Below, in pieces: positions 39,548 to 49,143 of a DNA stretch of 64,000 nt. This DNA comes from Escherichia phage EPFV3-03/2025, in sequence record PV435126.1; one strand, 5' to 3'. Within the stretch, counting starts at the first letter, position 1, and every line of letters starts with the position of its first letter. Under the pieces are notes generated by a model. It saw nothing but the letters and a program-made list of their open reading frames with translations, ran no database searches and was not told the DNA's origin. A program made the translations under genes and the position numbers.

Positions 39548-40048
39548 GTGAAAATTAAAATCTTTGCTATTATTTTGAGCGCATTTTTATCGCTGCCTGT
39601 TGTTGCAGCACCAAAACAAAAAGTATACCACACCTGCAAGCCATCGGATACTAAGGAGAACATTCTGGCATGCAATATCTACAGGGAAGCCAGAGGAGAT
39701 GGCACGATGGGTATGCTGGCATCTGGGTTTGCCACACTAAACAGGAAATCTCACCCTAAATACCCAGACACTATAAGAAAGATTGTCTACCAACCTAACC
39801 AGTTTTCGTGGACAAACCACGGCAAAACTTTTAAGGTGACAGAAAAAGATTCATGGGATCACGCTAAAAGTCTTGCAAAGATGCTTCTAAAGGTCTATAA
39901 TAACAACCATGTTGCATACATGGCTATGGATATAACAGGTGGAGCAACACACTATCATACAACAAAAGTACGACCGGAATGGGCAAAAAAGATGCAGAGG
40001 ACAGCTCAATTCGGGAGTCATATCTACTACAAGGAGCGCAATAAATGA
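39548..40048 (+). CDS. secreted cell-wall hydrolase (SleB-like), candidate lysis enzyme
   Basis: 166 aa; N-terminal signal-peptide-like KIKIFAIILSAFLSLPVVAAP; core ILACNIYREARGDG...NQFSW resembles the SleB/Hydrolase_2 family. Confidence 0.55.
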   Translation: MKIKIFAIILSAFLSLPVVAAPKQKVYHTCKPSDTKENILACNIYREARGDGTMGMLASGFATLNRKSHPKYPDTIRKIVYQPNQFSWTNHGKTFKVTEKDSWDHAKSLAKMLLKVYNNNHVAYMAMDITGGATHYHTTKVRPEWAKKMQRTAQFGSHIYYKERNK

Positions 40049-42027
40049 TTGTAAACAGTAATGAAACTAAAGCAGTGCTAACTGGGAATTTGGAGGTCAC
40101 AAGGGGATCAATTTCTCTGAACAAAGAGACTTTTGGGTTAATCATTAAAGGGATTTATGAAGATAAGGTGCTGGCAAGCTGCCGTGAACCAATCTTCAAT
40201 GCTGTAGACTCCCATGTTGAGTCTGGACGTGGTGATGTTCCGATCATCATTCACTCCCCTACAGATCTTGAACCATACTTCTTTGTGCAGGACGTTGGCC
40301 TCGGTATGTCAGAAGAGATGGTCCGCAACACTTTCATGAACCTCGGTGAGTCAACCAAGCGCAACAGCAACGCTCTGGTAGGCAATAAAGGTGTTGGTTC
40401 AAAGGCCCCGTTCAGCATGGTGGACACTTTCGATGTAATCAGTGTGCACAATGGTGTGGAAAGCACATATCTATTGTTCTTGGATCAGGGTATCCCAAAT
40501 GTCACCAAGATCCGTGAGCGGAAGACTGAAGAGCACAACGGGGTAAAAGTTCAGTTTCATGTTAAGAAAGAGCATGTTCTGAAATATCGCACTGCTATTG
40601 CATCATGTCTGCGCTATGCAAAATTTCCGTTCACTGTCACCGATCCGATGACGAGCAAGATGCTGGAGGGAGACAAAGTAGAGGCGCAGTATTATTATGA
40701 AAAAGATGGTTGGAAGATGACCATCCTGAAGGGCTATACCAGCTCTGACGAGAGTCGTGTGGTAATGGGTCACCAACCTTACCGTTCTAAGTTCCTGGAA
40801 ACACTAACAGATTATCCTGCAATTTGTGTAGAGATCCCTATCGGAGATTGCAATATTAACCCAGGGCGTGAGTGGACCATAGAAGGTCACGACGATGGTG
40901 GATTCCAAGATCGTTTGGAAGCTTTTGTCAAAGAAGGCATTCGCCTTCGTGGAGCAGAAGTTGTTGCAGAACTGGAGACAGCAAAAACATCCTCAGAAGC
41001 ACGCGAGATGATGAAGAACAGTGGAGTGTTCGGGCACATTTTCGGCAAGAATTTTATGTATGACCGCTGGGAAGAAACAGGGTTAGGGAGTTTGGGGGAC
41101 TGCGAGATCTTCGCTGGCGGCTTAAATAAAGGCCGCATAGGTTACGCCTGCTACGGAAAGGTAGAATTCTTACGGGGAGTTTATTTAGTATTTAACGACG
41201 GAGACGGCAAATATAACCGGAATAAGTGTAACTACTTAAGCGAGATCACCGGACGCAACGTTTTCTATTGCCGGAACACGGATCTGGTAAAAGAGTTTAA
41301 AGAGGCGGCACACCATCCGTTCTTTGCAGATACGGTCAAATTGTTATCAGAGCTCCCTCGCCGACCTGTGAAGAAAGGTGAAACAAAAACTCGTTATGAG
41401 CCCGGTTATTGGGTTAAAAAACTTGAGAAGGATGGTTACTTCCGTCGTGAGCGTATTACCAAGGCAGAGTTCAGGAAGATTAAGCACTGCATACCATATG
41501 AGGGGGATATCCAACGTGGAAGTTGTTGGCTAGGTCAGATGAGTAACATCTACCAGCAAAATTATGACCGTGTGCGTGCGGCACTCCAGATCCCTGAAGG
41601 GGAAGATCTATACCTGGTATCGGAATCTCGTCTGCTTTGGACTGATCCTGATTGCCAGTATGTTACAGAGAAGAATGTGGAACATTTGTTGAAAGAGGAT
41701 GCTTGGAAATTCTTACTGACTCGCGCAGCAAATGAAACTTCATATGACAGCCTGTATAGACAGTTGGGAAAAATTATCCCTATGCAAGATTTTGGAAATT
41801 ATAAGCCACATTTCCACAAGTGGGAAGGTAACACCACGTGGAAGTACGGTGAGCTGAATCATCGTGCCAAAATCTTAATCGCCAACCGGGTTAAGTGCGG
41901 GAAGGCATATATTGCGAGACTGGAAAAGAAATATCCACTTTTGAAGCATGTAGGCTTGAAATATTGGGACACTCCTGCTATGATTGAATACCGTGAACTG
42001 ATTGATACAAAGAATAACATCAAATAA
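40045..42027 (+). CDS. rIIA: rIIA-like protein (GHKL-type ATPase fold)
   Basis: 660 aa; N-box-like REPIFNAVDSH, G1-like VQDVGLGMS, G2-like GNKGVGSKAPF as in T4 rIIA N-terminus; immediately followed by an rIIB homolog. Confidence 0.6.
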   Translation: MIVNSNETKAVLTGNLEVTRGSISLNKETFGLIIKGIYEDKVLASCREPIFNAVDSHVESGRGDVPIIIHSPTDLEPYFFVQDVGLGMSEEMVRNTFMNLGESTKRNSNALVGNKGVGSKAPFSMVDTFDVISVHNGVESTYLLFLDQGIPNVTKIRERKTEEHNGVKVQFHVKKEHVLKYRTAIASCLRYAKFPFTVTDPMTSKMLEGDKVEAQYYYEKDGWKMTILKGYTSSDESRVVMGHQPYRSKFLETLTDYPAICVEIPIGDCNINPGREWTIEGHDDGGFQDRLEAFVKEGIRLRGAEVVAELETAKTSSEAREMMKNSGVFGHIFGKNFMYDRWEETGLGSLGDCEIFAGGLNKGRIGYACYGKVEFLRGVYLVFNDGDGKYNRNKCNYLSEITGRNVFYCRNTDLVKEFKEAAHHPFFADTVKLLSELPRRPVKKGETKTRYEPGYWVKKLEKDGYFRRERITKAEFRKIKHCIPYEGDIQRGSCWLGQMSNIYQQNYDRVRAALQIPEGEDLYLVSESRLLWTDPDCQYVTEKNVEHLLKEDAWKFLLTRAANETSYDSLYRQLGKIIPMQDFGNYKPHFHKWEGNTTWKYGELNHRAKILIANRVKCGKAYIARLEKKYPLLKHVGLKYWDTPAMIEYRELIDTKNNIK

Positions 42028-42037
42028 GGAGACCAAG

Positions 42038-43243
42038 ATGATTTTCATCTACGAACATTTCAAAACCCGTAAAGAAGCACGAGACCGCCGTGCAGAACTT
42101 GAGAAGAAGGGTTTCACATGCGCTATTGAGAAAGGTAACACAACCTGGACACTGGCCGTGGGTGCCCCAGAGGTGTTCGATCCTGACCGTGACAGCGTTT
42201 GTTACACCCGTGAGGATTTTGAAACCCGTGAAGAGGCCCGTTTATTTCGATATGGGCTGGAAGACAACGGCAAGTACGCCATGATCTTGGATTTAGGGGA
42301 GGAGTCCTTTAAACGCTGGGGAGTGGTATACCCGCTGTGCGTTGTTCACGGTGTGGGGTTCACTGGGGTAGCAGTTAAGTCAGAAGAACCTTCGGTAGAA
42401 GTCAAAGATCCGGTTCTGGAGGTGGTGAGCAGTGTGTCTCAGCAACAGACTCGAAGCATCGAGCCTCTGGTAGTTATTTGTGGGGAACTCTTGCAGATCA
42501 CTTGCAACGAAGGCATTTTTGAAATTCGCCGCAGTGAAAGTGGGGAAGTTTACCAGAAAGTCTTCAACCATATCTCTGTTCAGGAGTATGACGAGGCAAT
42601 TGGTGAAATCCTTGTCTGGCTGGAACGCAAGAATGAGTTCACTACACTGGCAGACAACCTGATCATGAAAGATGGTAAGCTCTACTACTACGGTGTAGAG
42701 ATGCGATCTACCATTGCAAAGAAAATTGAGAAAGATTATGCAGATGGAACACTGGATGACCGCTATGTGAAATTCCTAGTTCGCCTGTTACGCAATCCGT
42801 CTGCAAAATCTGTAAACATGCTCTACGATTTTATGCAGGCAAACGACATTCAGATTGCAGAAGATGGTCGAATCATTTGCTACAAAGGGGTTCAGTTTAA
42901 CGGTAACAAGTGGGTGGATTGGCACAGCGGTAAAGTCCCACAATACCAGGGAGCTTTTGTATCCATGCCTCGTAACTTTGTAGAGGATGATCCGGAAGCT
43001 GCATGCTCTTATGGCCTGCACTGTGCCAGCAAAGAGTATGCAAAGAGCTACGGCACTGTGATGACGGTTATGGTTGACCCTGCCGATGTGGTCAGCGTAC
43101 CTTACCAACACAACAGCGCTAAGTGCCGTGCATGCCGCTACGAAATCGTAGTAGCTCCAGAATCGCGCAAAGATGGAGACCCAATCGAGTACGTGGTTGA
43201 CCGCGACGGCAACACTATCGACACTATCTACGAGGAGGCGTAA
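42038..43243 (+). CDS. rIIB: rIIB-like protein
   Basis: Track ORF 42002-43243; likely start ATG 42038 after GGAGACC RBS. C-terminal half (DFMQANDIQIAEDG...GLHCASKEY...VDPADVVSVPYQHNSAKCRACRYEIV) closely parallels conserved T4 rIIB blocks as recalled. Confidence 0.65.
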   Translation: MIFIYEHFKTRKEARDRRAELEKKGFTCAIEKGNTTWTLAVGAPEVFDPDRDSVCYTREDFETREEARLFRYGLEDNGKYAMILDLGEESFKRWGVVYPLCVVHGVGFTGVAVKSEEPSVEVKDPVLEVVSSVSQQQTRSIEPLVVICGELLQITCNEGIFEIRRSESGEVYQKVFNHISVQEYDEAIGEILVWLERKNEFTTLADNLIMKDGKLYYYGVEMRSTIAKKIEKDYADGTLDDRYVKFLVRLLRNPSAKSVNMLYDFMQANDIQIAEDGRIICYKGVQFNGNKWVDWHSGKVPQYQGAFVSMPRNFVEDDPEAACSYGLHCASKEYAKSYGTVMTVMVDPADVVSVPYQHNSAKCRACRYEIVVAPESRKDGDPIEYVVDRDGNTIDTIYEEA

Positions 43244-44613
43244 TGGAAAAAGGGCAGTACGATGTAGGCACAGATGCTGCCCTTGTTGCAATCATGAGTG
43301 GTGAGAATGTCTTCGTAAGTGGACCTGGTGGAACCGGGAAGACATATCTTATCAACATGATCCAGTCCATGTATGGAGACTCTTGCATAACGGTTGCCCC
43401 GACAGGGGTAGCCGCTTTAAACGTTAATGGAGCAACAGCGCACCGAACTTTCGATCTTGCCGCAGGTGTGAGCATGGAGTCAGACTGGACAGCAATAAGG
43501 GCAAAAACAGCAAAGCCTCTGAAAAGCAAGGCATTTACCATCCTAATTATCGATGAAATCTCTATGATCCGTGCTGACAAGTTCATAGAGATGGATAGAA
43601 AACTCCGCTTTCTTCGGAAAAATGACAAACCTTTCGGAGGCATTCAGGTGTTATTGTTTGGAGATTTCTACCAAGCGCCTCCAGTTGTCTCTTCCATGGA
43701 GAAAGAAGCCTACTTCAACTTCTACCACACAGATCTGTGTTGCTATACAGAATCTTGGGAGGATCTTAATCTTCACAATATAGCCTTAGTAGACCAGTTC
43801 CGTCAGGAATCTGTTCGCTTCGCCACAATGTTGAACTGTGTTCGTGAAGGTCGTCGCATAAAAGAGGTTGTAGCAGAGCTTAACACTCGTTGCTATCATG
43901 GAGGTGTCCCAACAGATGCTTTGACTATCTGCGCCACCAATAAGCAAGCAGAGGAGGTGAACAGACGTTTCTATGATGCCATTCAGGCCCCAGAGAAGAC
44001 CTACATTGGTAAAATGAAGGGTAAGTTCCCTTCCACACTGCCTGTGGAGCAGGAAATGAGGCTGAAGATAGGGATGAAGGTTATGATAACCTCAAACGAT
44101 GTTGACCCTACTCACAAAGTTCCGTATTATGTCAACGGTACACGTGCCACAGTGGTAAAATTCAAGACTAAATCCGTGATAGTTGAGCTAGAAGACGGGA
44201 CACAGGTTGAAATTGAGCCGAGATTGTGGGAGAATAACGAGTACAAACCTTCCCAGAGGTACAATATTGCCGAAAGGAAGATGGAGAAGTTCATAGAGAG
44301 GGTTGTGATCGGGTCTTATGAGCAACTCCCTTTGAAATCTGGGTACGCAGTAACATCGCATAAAAGTCAAGGACTTACGCTAGATTGTTACAACCTAGAC
44401 CTCGGAAAGAACGGAGCTTTCTCTCCCGGAATGACGTATGTTGCCTTGAGTCGGGTTAAGACGATACAAGGAATAAACTTGTTGCGTCCATTAAGAGAGG
44501 TGGATATTATTGTTGACCCGCGAGTCGTAGAGTTTTATAATACAACTTTCCCTGGCTTAGACGAGAAAGTCAGGAAAGATTTTGAAACTAGAGCAGAAAA
44601 GGGGGACGTATGA
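43243..44613 (+). CDS. dda: Dda-like SF1B DNA helicase (RecD/Pif1 family)
   Basis: 456 aa; Walker A GPGGTGKT, Walker B IIDEISM, GDFYQAPPV, and AVTSHKSQGLTLD...YVALSRVK motifs. Confidence 0.8.
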   Translation: MEKGQYDVGTDAALVAIMSGENVFVSGPGGTGKTYLINMIQSMYGDSCITVAPTGVAALNVNGATAHRTFDLAAGVSMESDWTAIRAKTAKPLKSKAFTILIIDEISMIRADKFIEMDRKLRFLRKNDKPFGGIQVLLFGDFYQAPPVVSSMEKEAYFNFYHTDLCCYTESWEDLNLHNIALVDQFRQESVRFATMLNCVREGRRIKEVVAELNTRCYHGGVPTDALTICATNKQAEEVNRRFYDAIQAPEKTYIGKMKGKFPSTLPVEQEMRLKIGMKVMITSNDVDPTHKVPYYVNGTRATVVKFKTKSVIVELEDGTQVEIEPRLWENNEYKPSQRYNIAERKMEKFIERVVIGSYEQLPLKSGYAVTSHKSQGLTLDCYNLDLGKNGAFSPGMTYVALSRVKTIQGINLLRPLREVDIIVDPRVVEFYNTTFPGLDEKVRKDFETRAEKGDV

Positions 44614-44948
44614 GTTTGTGGAGAAATATAGTTAACTACGTGTGTGGAAATCCAAATCCTGAAGAGAAGGCTGTTGTGATTCACGATTTTACTAAAAGAT
44701 CTCGTGAAAAAGACCTCCTGCTAACAAAGGTGATCGATAAAGACCCTGTAGGGGACTGGGCAGGGTTTGCGTTTACATCTGACAAATACACCTTTAACAA
44801 AGGTGACTACCTTGTTGTGGATTTTAACGAAGACATCGAGGGTGCTGAACCTTACTATCAGACCCTTGTCGTTGCGGAGTGTGTTGAGCTCTCTGCAAAC
44901 ATGCACAGTTTGATTCTTTTTGAGCTTGACTCTGAAGACCTTCAGTAG
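44610..44948 (+). CDS. hypothetical protein
   Basis: 112-aa ORF overlapping helicase stop. Confidence 0.45.
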   Translation: MSLWRNIVNYVCGNPNPEEKAVVIHDFTKRSREKDLLLTKVIDKDPVGDWAGFAFTSDKYTFNKGDYLVVDFNEDIEGAEPYYQTLVVAECVELSANMHSLILFELDSEDLQ

Positions 44949-45008
44949 TAAGATGTGAGCATAAAGGGGAGGAACTCCTCCCCACAAAACTGAGGAGAGC
45001 ACCAAACG

Positions 45009-45311
45009 ATGAAGCGTTACAAACCATACACTTTTGAAATCGATTTCGAACTTGACGATATGCTCACTGTAGAAGCTCAGGCAGTTGTCCAGTTGCCAGA
45101 TCCGGAGTGCCGTGATTCTGATGTTGATTATTATGGATTTAGACAGATTACCGATTTACATGTTTACCACAACGGAGAGGAGGTGGACTTTCACCAACTC
45201 CCGAACGATCTGCGACACTCTATTTACAAACGTGCAGCCCGTGAACTAGAATCATATCTGGATGCAGCGACAACAGCAGCAGCATTTGCTGAAGAAGTAG
45301 GGGGATTCTAA
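45009..45311 (+). CDS. hypothetical protein
   Basis: 100-aa ORF. Confidence 0.45.
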   Translation: MKRYKPYTFEIDFELDDMLTVEAQAVVQLPDPECRDSDVDYYGFRQITDLHVYHNGEEVDFHQLPNDLRHSIYKRAARELESYLDAATTAAAFAEEVGGF

Positions 45312-45706
45312 TGATTACGGATGTGAAGATTATCCAATACCACTTAACCAAATTGGAAGATGCTGAAAAAGAGCTTGCAGAAGTTCTGAATAGCGGGTAT
45401 ACTTTATTGACATGCTCCTGTTCAGACACATACATTGTGTGGACACTTGCTAAGAAGGGAGAACCAGCAGGAATCTTGGTGCCAAACCCTAAGATTATTA
45501 GTGAGGTGGACGACTACTCTCAGGATGGCCTGCCAGAGTGTTGGGAAGCATGGGAAGGTGGTGAAAACCCTGCACCAGGTAAGTGGGTAAAATACAAGCT
45601 ACGTAGCGGTGCACAGTATGCTGACTACTCTGATGACCTAGACTGGAGTCACGCTTCACCAGGATCGTCTGCAAGTGCATATGATATCGTTGCTTTTCAG
45701 GAATAA
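45311..45706 (+). CDS. hypothetical protein
   Basis: 131-aa ORF. Confidence 0.45.
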   Translation: MITDVKIIQYHLTKLEDAEKELAEVLNSGYTLLTCSCSDTYIVWTLAKKGEPAGILVPNPKIISEVDDYSQDGLPECWEAWEGGENPAPGKWVKYKLRSGAQYADYSDDLDWSHASPGSSASAYDIVAFQE

Positions 45707-45718
45707 TGGGAGAGTGTT

Positions 45719-46201
45719 ATGTCAGATTTCATGTGGAAGGTAGGCTATGCCTCTCCTGAAATGTGCGAGGCCTGCTTTGTGAAAATAGGCCGCGAGGATA
45801 TCGACAAAGTGATCCTTAAGTTTCGTGATGTGTCTGTGATCGGCAACCGAGTGCTTAAGCACTTAAAGAATCTGAAGCTCACCAAGAAGAAGTTCTTCGG
45901 ACTTTTCGAAGAGAAAGTCGATGCTTGGACCCATTGCATTCAGGAAGCTAAATCTCACTATAGTGCTATCGTTACCCCAGAACGGGTAGCCAAGATGGAA
46001 GGATTTATCAACAGCACAGAGTTTGAGTGCCTAAAGGCTGCCCTTGATAGCTATCCAAAGTGCCTCAAACACCTTGACAAGTATGTAGAAAAGGATGGGG
46101 AAATGTATCTCACCCTGGACGCATACTATGAGATGCAAGAAATTTTAAATTTAGATTTGACATTGGTATCCACCGAGTATACAATAGGTATCCGGGTTTA
46201 A
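45719..46201 (+). CDS. hypothetical protein
   Basis: 160-aa ORF. Confidence 0.5.
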   Translation: MSDFMWKVGYASPEMCEACFVKIGREDIDKVILKFRDVSVIGNRVLKHLKNLKLTKKKFFGLFEEKVDAWTHCIQEAKSHYSAIVTPERVAKMEGFINSTEFECLKAALDSYPKCLKHLDKYVEKDGEMYLTLDAYYEMQEILNLDLTLVSTEYTIGIRV

Positions 46202-46209
46202 CACTAGGT

Positions 46210-46235
46210 CCTGCCCGAAAGGGTGGGGCTTTTTG
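46210..46235 (+). terminator. rho-independent terminator (CCTGCCC-GAAA-GGGTGGG + T-run)
   Basis: GNRA-loop hairpin with two G-U pairs followed by TTTTT; same sequence recurs at 57612. Confidence 0.6.
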
Positions 46236-46252
46236 CATTAGGAGACAGCAAA

Positions 46253-47017
46253 TTGAAATTTATCTACAAAGAACACCACCACAAAGGTGTTGTGTGGAGT
46301 CTATTTGATGGGTCTGGTGGTGCAGTCATTGACTGGGCAAAAGCTGGGTATCTGTGCCTGTGCTTTAATGCAGAAGGTGCTGACCATGGTAGCTATGCAG
46401 AGGTGATAACCGATCATCCCAACATTCACTACGTGGATTATTGGATTGACCCGTGGTTCCCTCAAGAAACTTTTTGCATGTACCCAGCTCCAGACTTTAT
46501 TCTTGCATTTCCTCCGTGCACGCATTTAGCAGTATCAGGTGCTGCACATTTTAAGAAAAAGCTGGCTAAGGACCCCCTGATCCAAATTAATGCTGTAAAA
46601 GATGCTCGGGTTGCGGAAGAGCTGGGAGAGATCTACGATTGCCCGTGGCATGTAGAGAATCCTGTGGGTGTTATGTCCACACTGTGGCGCAAACCTGATT
46701 ACCGTTTTCACCCTTCGGATTATGGCGGGTATTTACCGGAAGATGATGTAAACCCATGGTTTCCTGAATTTATAGCTCCACGTGATGCCTATCCAAAAAT
46801 AACTTGCGGATGGATAGGTAACGGATTTATAATCCCGGCCACAAAACCTGTCCCGCAGATAGTGGATGCGGTTAGTGGTTATTCTATGCAACACGCTAAG
46901 CTAGGTGGAAAGAGTGCAAGGACGAAGATGATTCGAAGCCTTACACCACGTGGCTGGGCTAAAGCTGTATTCTTAGCAAACGAGCCTGCAGTAAGGAGCA
47001 GAATTAATGGGCAGTAA
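46253..47017 (+). CDS. compact DNA (cytosine-5) methyltransferase-like protein
   Basis: Track ORF 46223-47017 (GTG inside the terminator); more likely TTG near 46253 after GGAGA. Motif I-like LFDGSGG, motif IV-like FPPCTH (PC), motif VI-like ENPVG. Confidence 0.5.
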   Translation: MKFIYKEHHHKGVVWSLFDGSGGAVIDWAKAGYLCLCFNAEGADHGSYAEVITDHPNIHYVDYWIDPWFPQETFCMYPAPDFILAFPPCTHLAVSGAAHFKKKLAKDPLIQINAVKDARVAEELGEIYDCPWHVENPVGVMSTLWRKPDYRFHPSDYGGYLPEDDVNPWFPEFIAPRDAYPKITCGWIGNGFIIPATKPVPQIVDAVSGYSMQHAKLGGKSARTKMIRSLTPRGWAKAVFLANEPAVRSRINGQ

Positions 47018-49085
47018 ATTCATGGCATCTGCATACAACCGTTTCGGTGAGCCAAACCCGAAAGCAACCAAATATAAAAGTGGGGGGAGTGTGAAACGAG
47101 ACTATCGTGATGAAAAAGAGGTCGAAACTGTAGAGACTGTTTTAGAAAATACTAAAATTGTCCCTGTTCCACAACAAAATATCGGACTGATGGCTGCACA
47201 ATACTTCGGTGTGCGATCAGCATTGTCTCAAGAAGATGGGGTAACGGTCACTGCAACATATTTCCCATATTACGACCGCTACGGTAATCTATCTGGCTTT
47301 AAAAAGCGCGACTGGACAATCCCTAAAGAGCAAAGGGGCCATTTCTCAGTTGTTGGCATAGTAAAGGCCAACTCTCAGATGTTTGGTCAAAAGCTGTGTG
47401 CATCCTCCAACAACCGTAAACAGATTAACGTTTGCGAGGGGGAGGGTGATGTTATTGCAGCATGGCAAGCTGCATATCAGATACAAGTGAAAGGTATTCT
47501 CACCAATGCTAAAGCCCCAGCGAAGGTGAAGCAGTGGGCTAAAGAAGTTCAAGATGGGATTGATGCAGTTATCGACGGCGGGGATCTGGCAGGAAAACCC
47601 TGCCTGCCTTTTGTTGGAATTAACTGCGGGTGTGCAAACGCCGTAGATACTTTTGCTAACAATGAGAAATTTATCCGTAGCTACGGAACAGTGGTCCTTG
47701 CAATGGACAACGATGCAGCTAACGAGGTAGAGAAGCAAAAACACGTTATCAAAGGTGTTGAGGCCACACATAATATCGCAGCATTTTTGATGGCTGATAA
47801 CGTTTACCACGTGGAATACCCTGGTGAAGTAAACGATCCTGATGGTGTAAAAGACATTCGTGACATGCTGAAGGCTAAAAAGCTGGAAGATATTGTCAAC
47901 ATGTTCCGTCACCCAGTCAAATATGTGCCTGATGCTGTATCTGATTTAGAAGACTTCTCCATTGAGTCTCTTCGTAAGAAGACTTCCAATGGCGTAGATA
48001 TCAGTGCGGAGTTCCCTAAATTGCAGAAGATGCTGAAAGGGCTCCACAAAGGCACCTTGATGATGCTGACAGGCCCATCTGGCGGTGGTAAAACAACTGT
48101 AGCCAAGAAGCTGGAACACTGTATTGCAAGATACTTGATGGATCCAACATGCCCTAAAGCTGATGACTATGAAGAGGATGATCGCCTGTGCCTGATTCAC
48201 CTTGAAGAGGATCCTGAGGAAGCAATCAACTCTCTATACGCCAACCAGCTGGGATTTGATGTTAAAGAGTTTGTTGAAGACCCCAGTCAGTTCCTTACCG
48301 ACCAGGAGCACGCTGAGATCCATCAATCTTGGGCCAAGGCCGGAAAAATTAAAGTGTTCAAGCATTTCGGCTCCATCCCTGTGGATGAGCTGATCACTAA
48401 GCTTAAACAAATGGTGTGTCTGTATCACTGCCGTTACATTGTGCTGGATCACCTGTCCATGGTGATTTCAGGGCTTAATGTTAAGGATGAGCGCAAAGAA
48501 CTTGACATGGCTATGACTCAACTAGCTGCGTTCTGTAAGCAGTTTAATGTGTTTATCTTGGTTATTGCTCACCTGAAGCGCACAGAGATTATACCTCCTA
48601 AGGATAAGGATGGGAATCCGTTGCCTTTCTGGTATCCTGTACGAAAAGAGAACCTTCGTGGTAGTGCCGGATTGGAGCAACTCAGCTGGGTAGTTGTTGG
48701 GGTAGAGGCAGAAGAGATGGTGGATCGTTCTCGTGGGCGTGTCCGACTAGTAGGTCTTAAAAACCGCCCAGCAAAAACGTTAGGTATTGCGGACACTTTG
48801 GTTATGGATCCTCACACAGGCAAGTTCCACGATGCCAGCAATTGGTATTGGGATAAAGAAATGCAGATGTTTACAGACGGAGAAGGTGGGGAGGTTGTTT
48901 GGAGACCTCAGGCTATGTTTGAGGATCAGGATCATGCAGTTGTGGAAACACCCATGGGTAAGGTTGTGGCTGATAAGGTTGTAACTCCTACTGTTACCCC
49001 AGTTGACACGCAGGAAGATCCTCAGTATGATGATCCGTCCTCTAACCACGTCCCCGGTTTTGAAGACGACGAAACACCTTTTTAA
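47007..49085 (+). CDS. DNA primase/helicase (T7 gp4-like: TOPRIM + DnaB-type helicase)
   Basis: 692 aa; TOPRIM-like CEGEGDVIAAW and VVLAMDNDAAN; helicase Walker A LTGPSGGGKTT and Walker B IVLDHLS. Confidence 0.65.
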   Translation: MGSKFMASAYNRFGEPNPKATKYKSGGSVKRDYRDEKEVETVETVLENTKIVPVPQQNIGLMAAQYFGVRSALSQEDGVTVTATYFPYYDRYGNLSGFKKRDWTIPKEQRGHFSVVGIVKANSQMFGQKLCASSNNRKQINVCEGEGDVIAAWQAAYQIQVKGILTNAKAPAKVKQWAKEVQDGIDAVIDGGDLAGKPCLPFVGINCGCANAVDTFANNEKFIRSYGTVVLAMDNDAANEVEKQKHVIKGVEATHNIAAFLMADNVYHVEYPGEVNDPDGVKDIRDMLKAKKLEDIVNMFRHPVKYVPDAVSDLEDFSIESLRKKTSNGVDISAEFPKLQKMLKGLHKGTLMMLTGPSGGGKTTVAKKLEHCIARYLMDPTCPKADDYEEDDRLCLIHLEEDPEEAINSLYANQLGFDVKEFVEDPSQFLTDQEHAEIHQSWAKAGKIKVFKHFGSIPVDELITKLKQMVCLYHCRYIVLDHLSMVISGLNVKDERKELDMAMTQLAAFCKQFNVFILVIAHLKRTEIIPPKDKDGNPLPFWYPVRKENLRGSAGLEQLSWVVVGVEAEEMVDRSRGRVRLVGLKNRPAKTLGIADTLVMDPHTGKFHDASNWYWDKEMQMFTDGEGGEVVWRPQAMFEDQDHAVVETPMGKVVADKVVTPTVTPVDTQEDPQYDDPSSNHVPGFEDDETPF

Positions 49086-49143
49086 TGTTTAACCAAGAGT
49101 GGGAGGGGTAGTACAACCGCCTCCCCTTTAAGGAGAACTGTAT

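Noticed and set aside
49100-49125. Hairpin GGGAGG-(13 nt)-CCTCCC upstream of the polymerase start as a terminator
   Set aside because: Large loop and no T-run; it overlaps the RBS region and is more likely a weak regulatory structure or chance.
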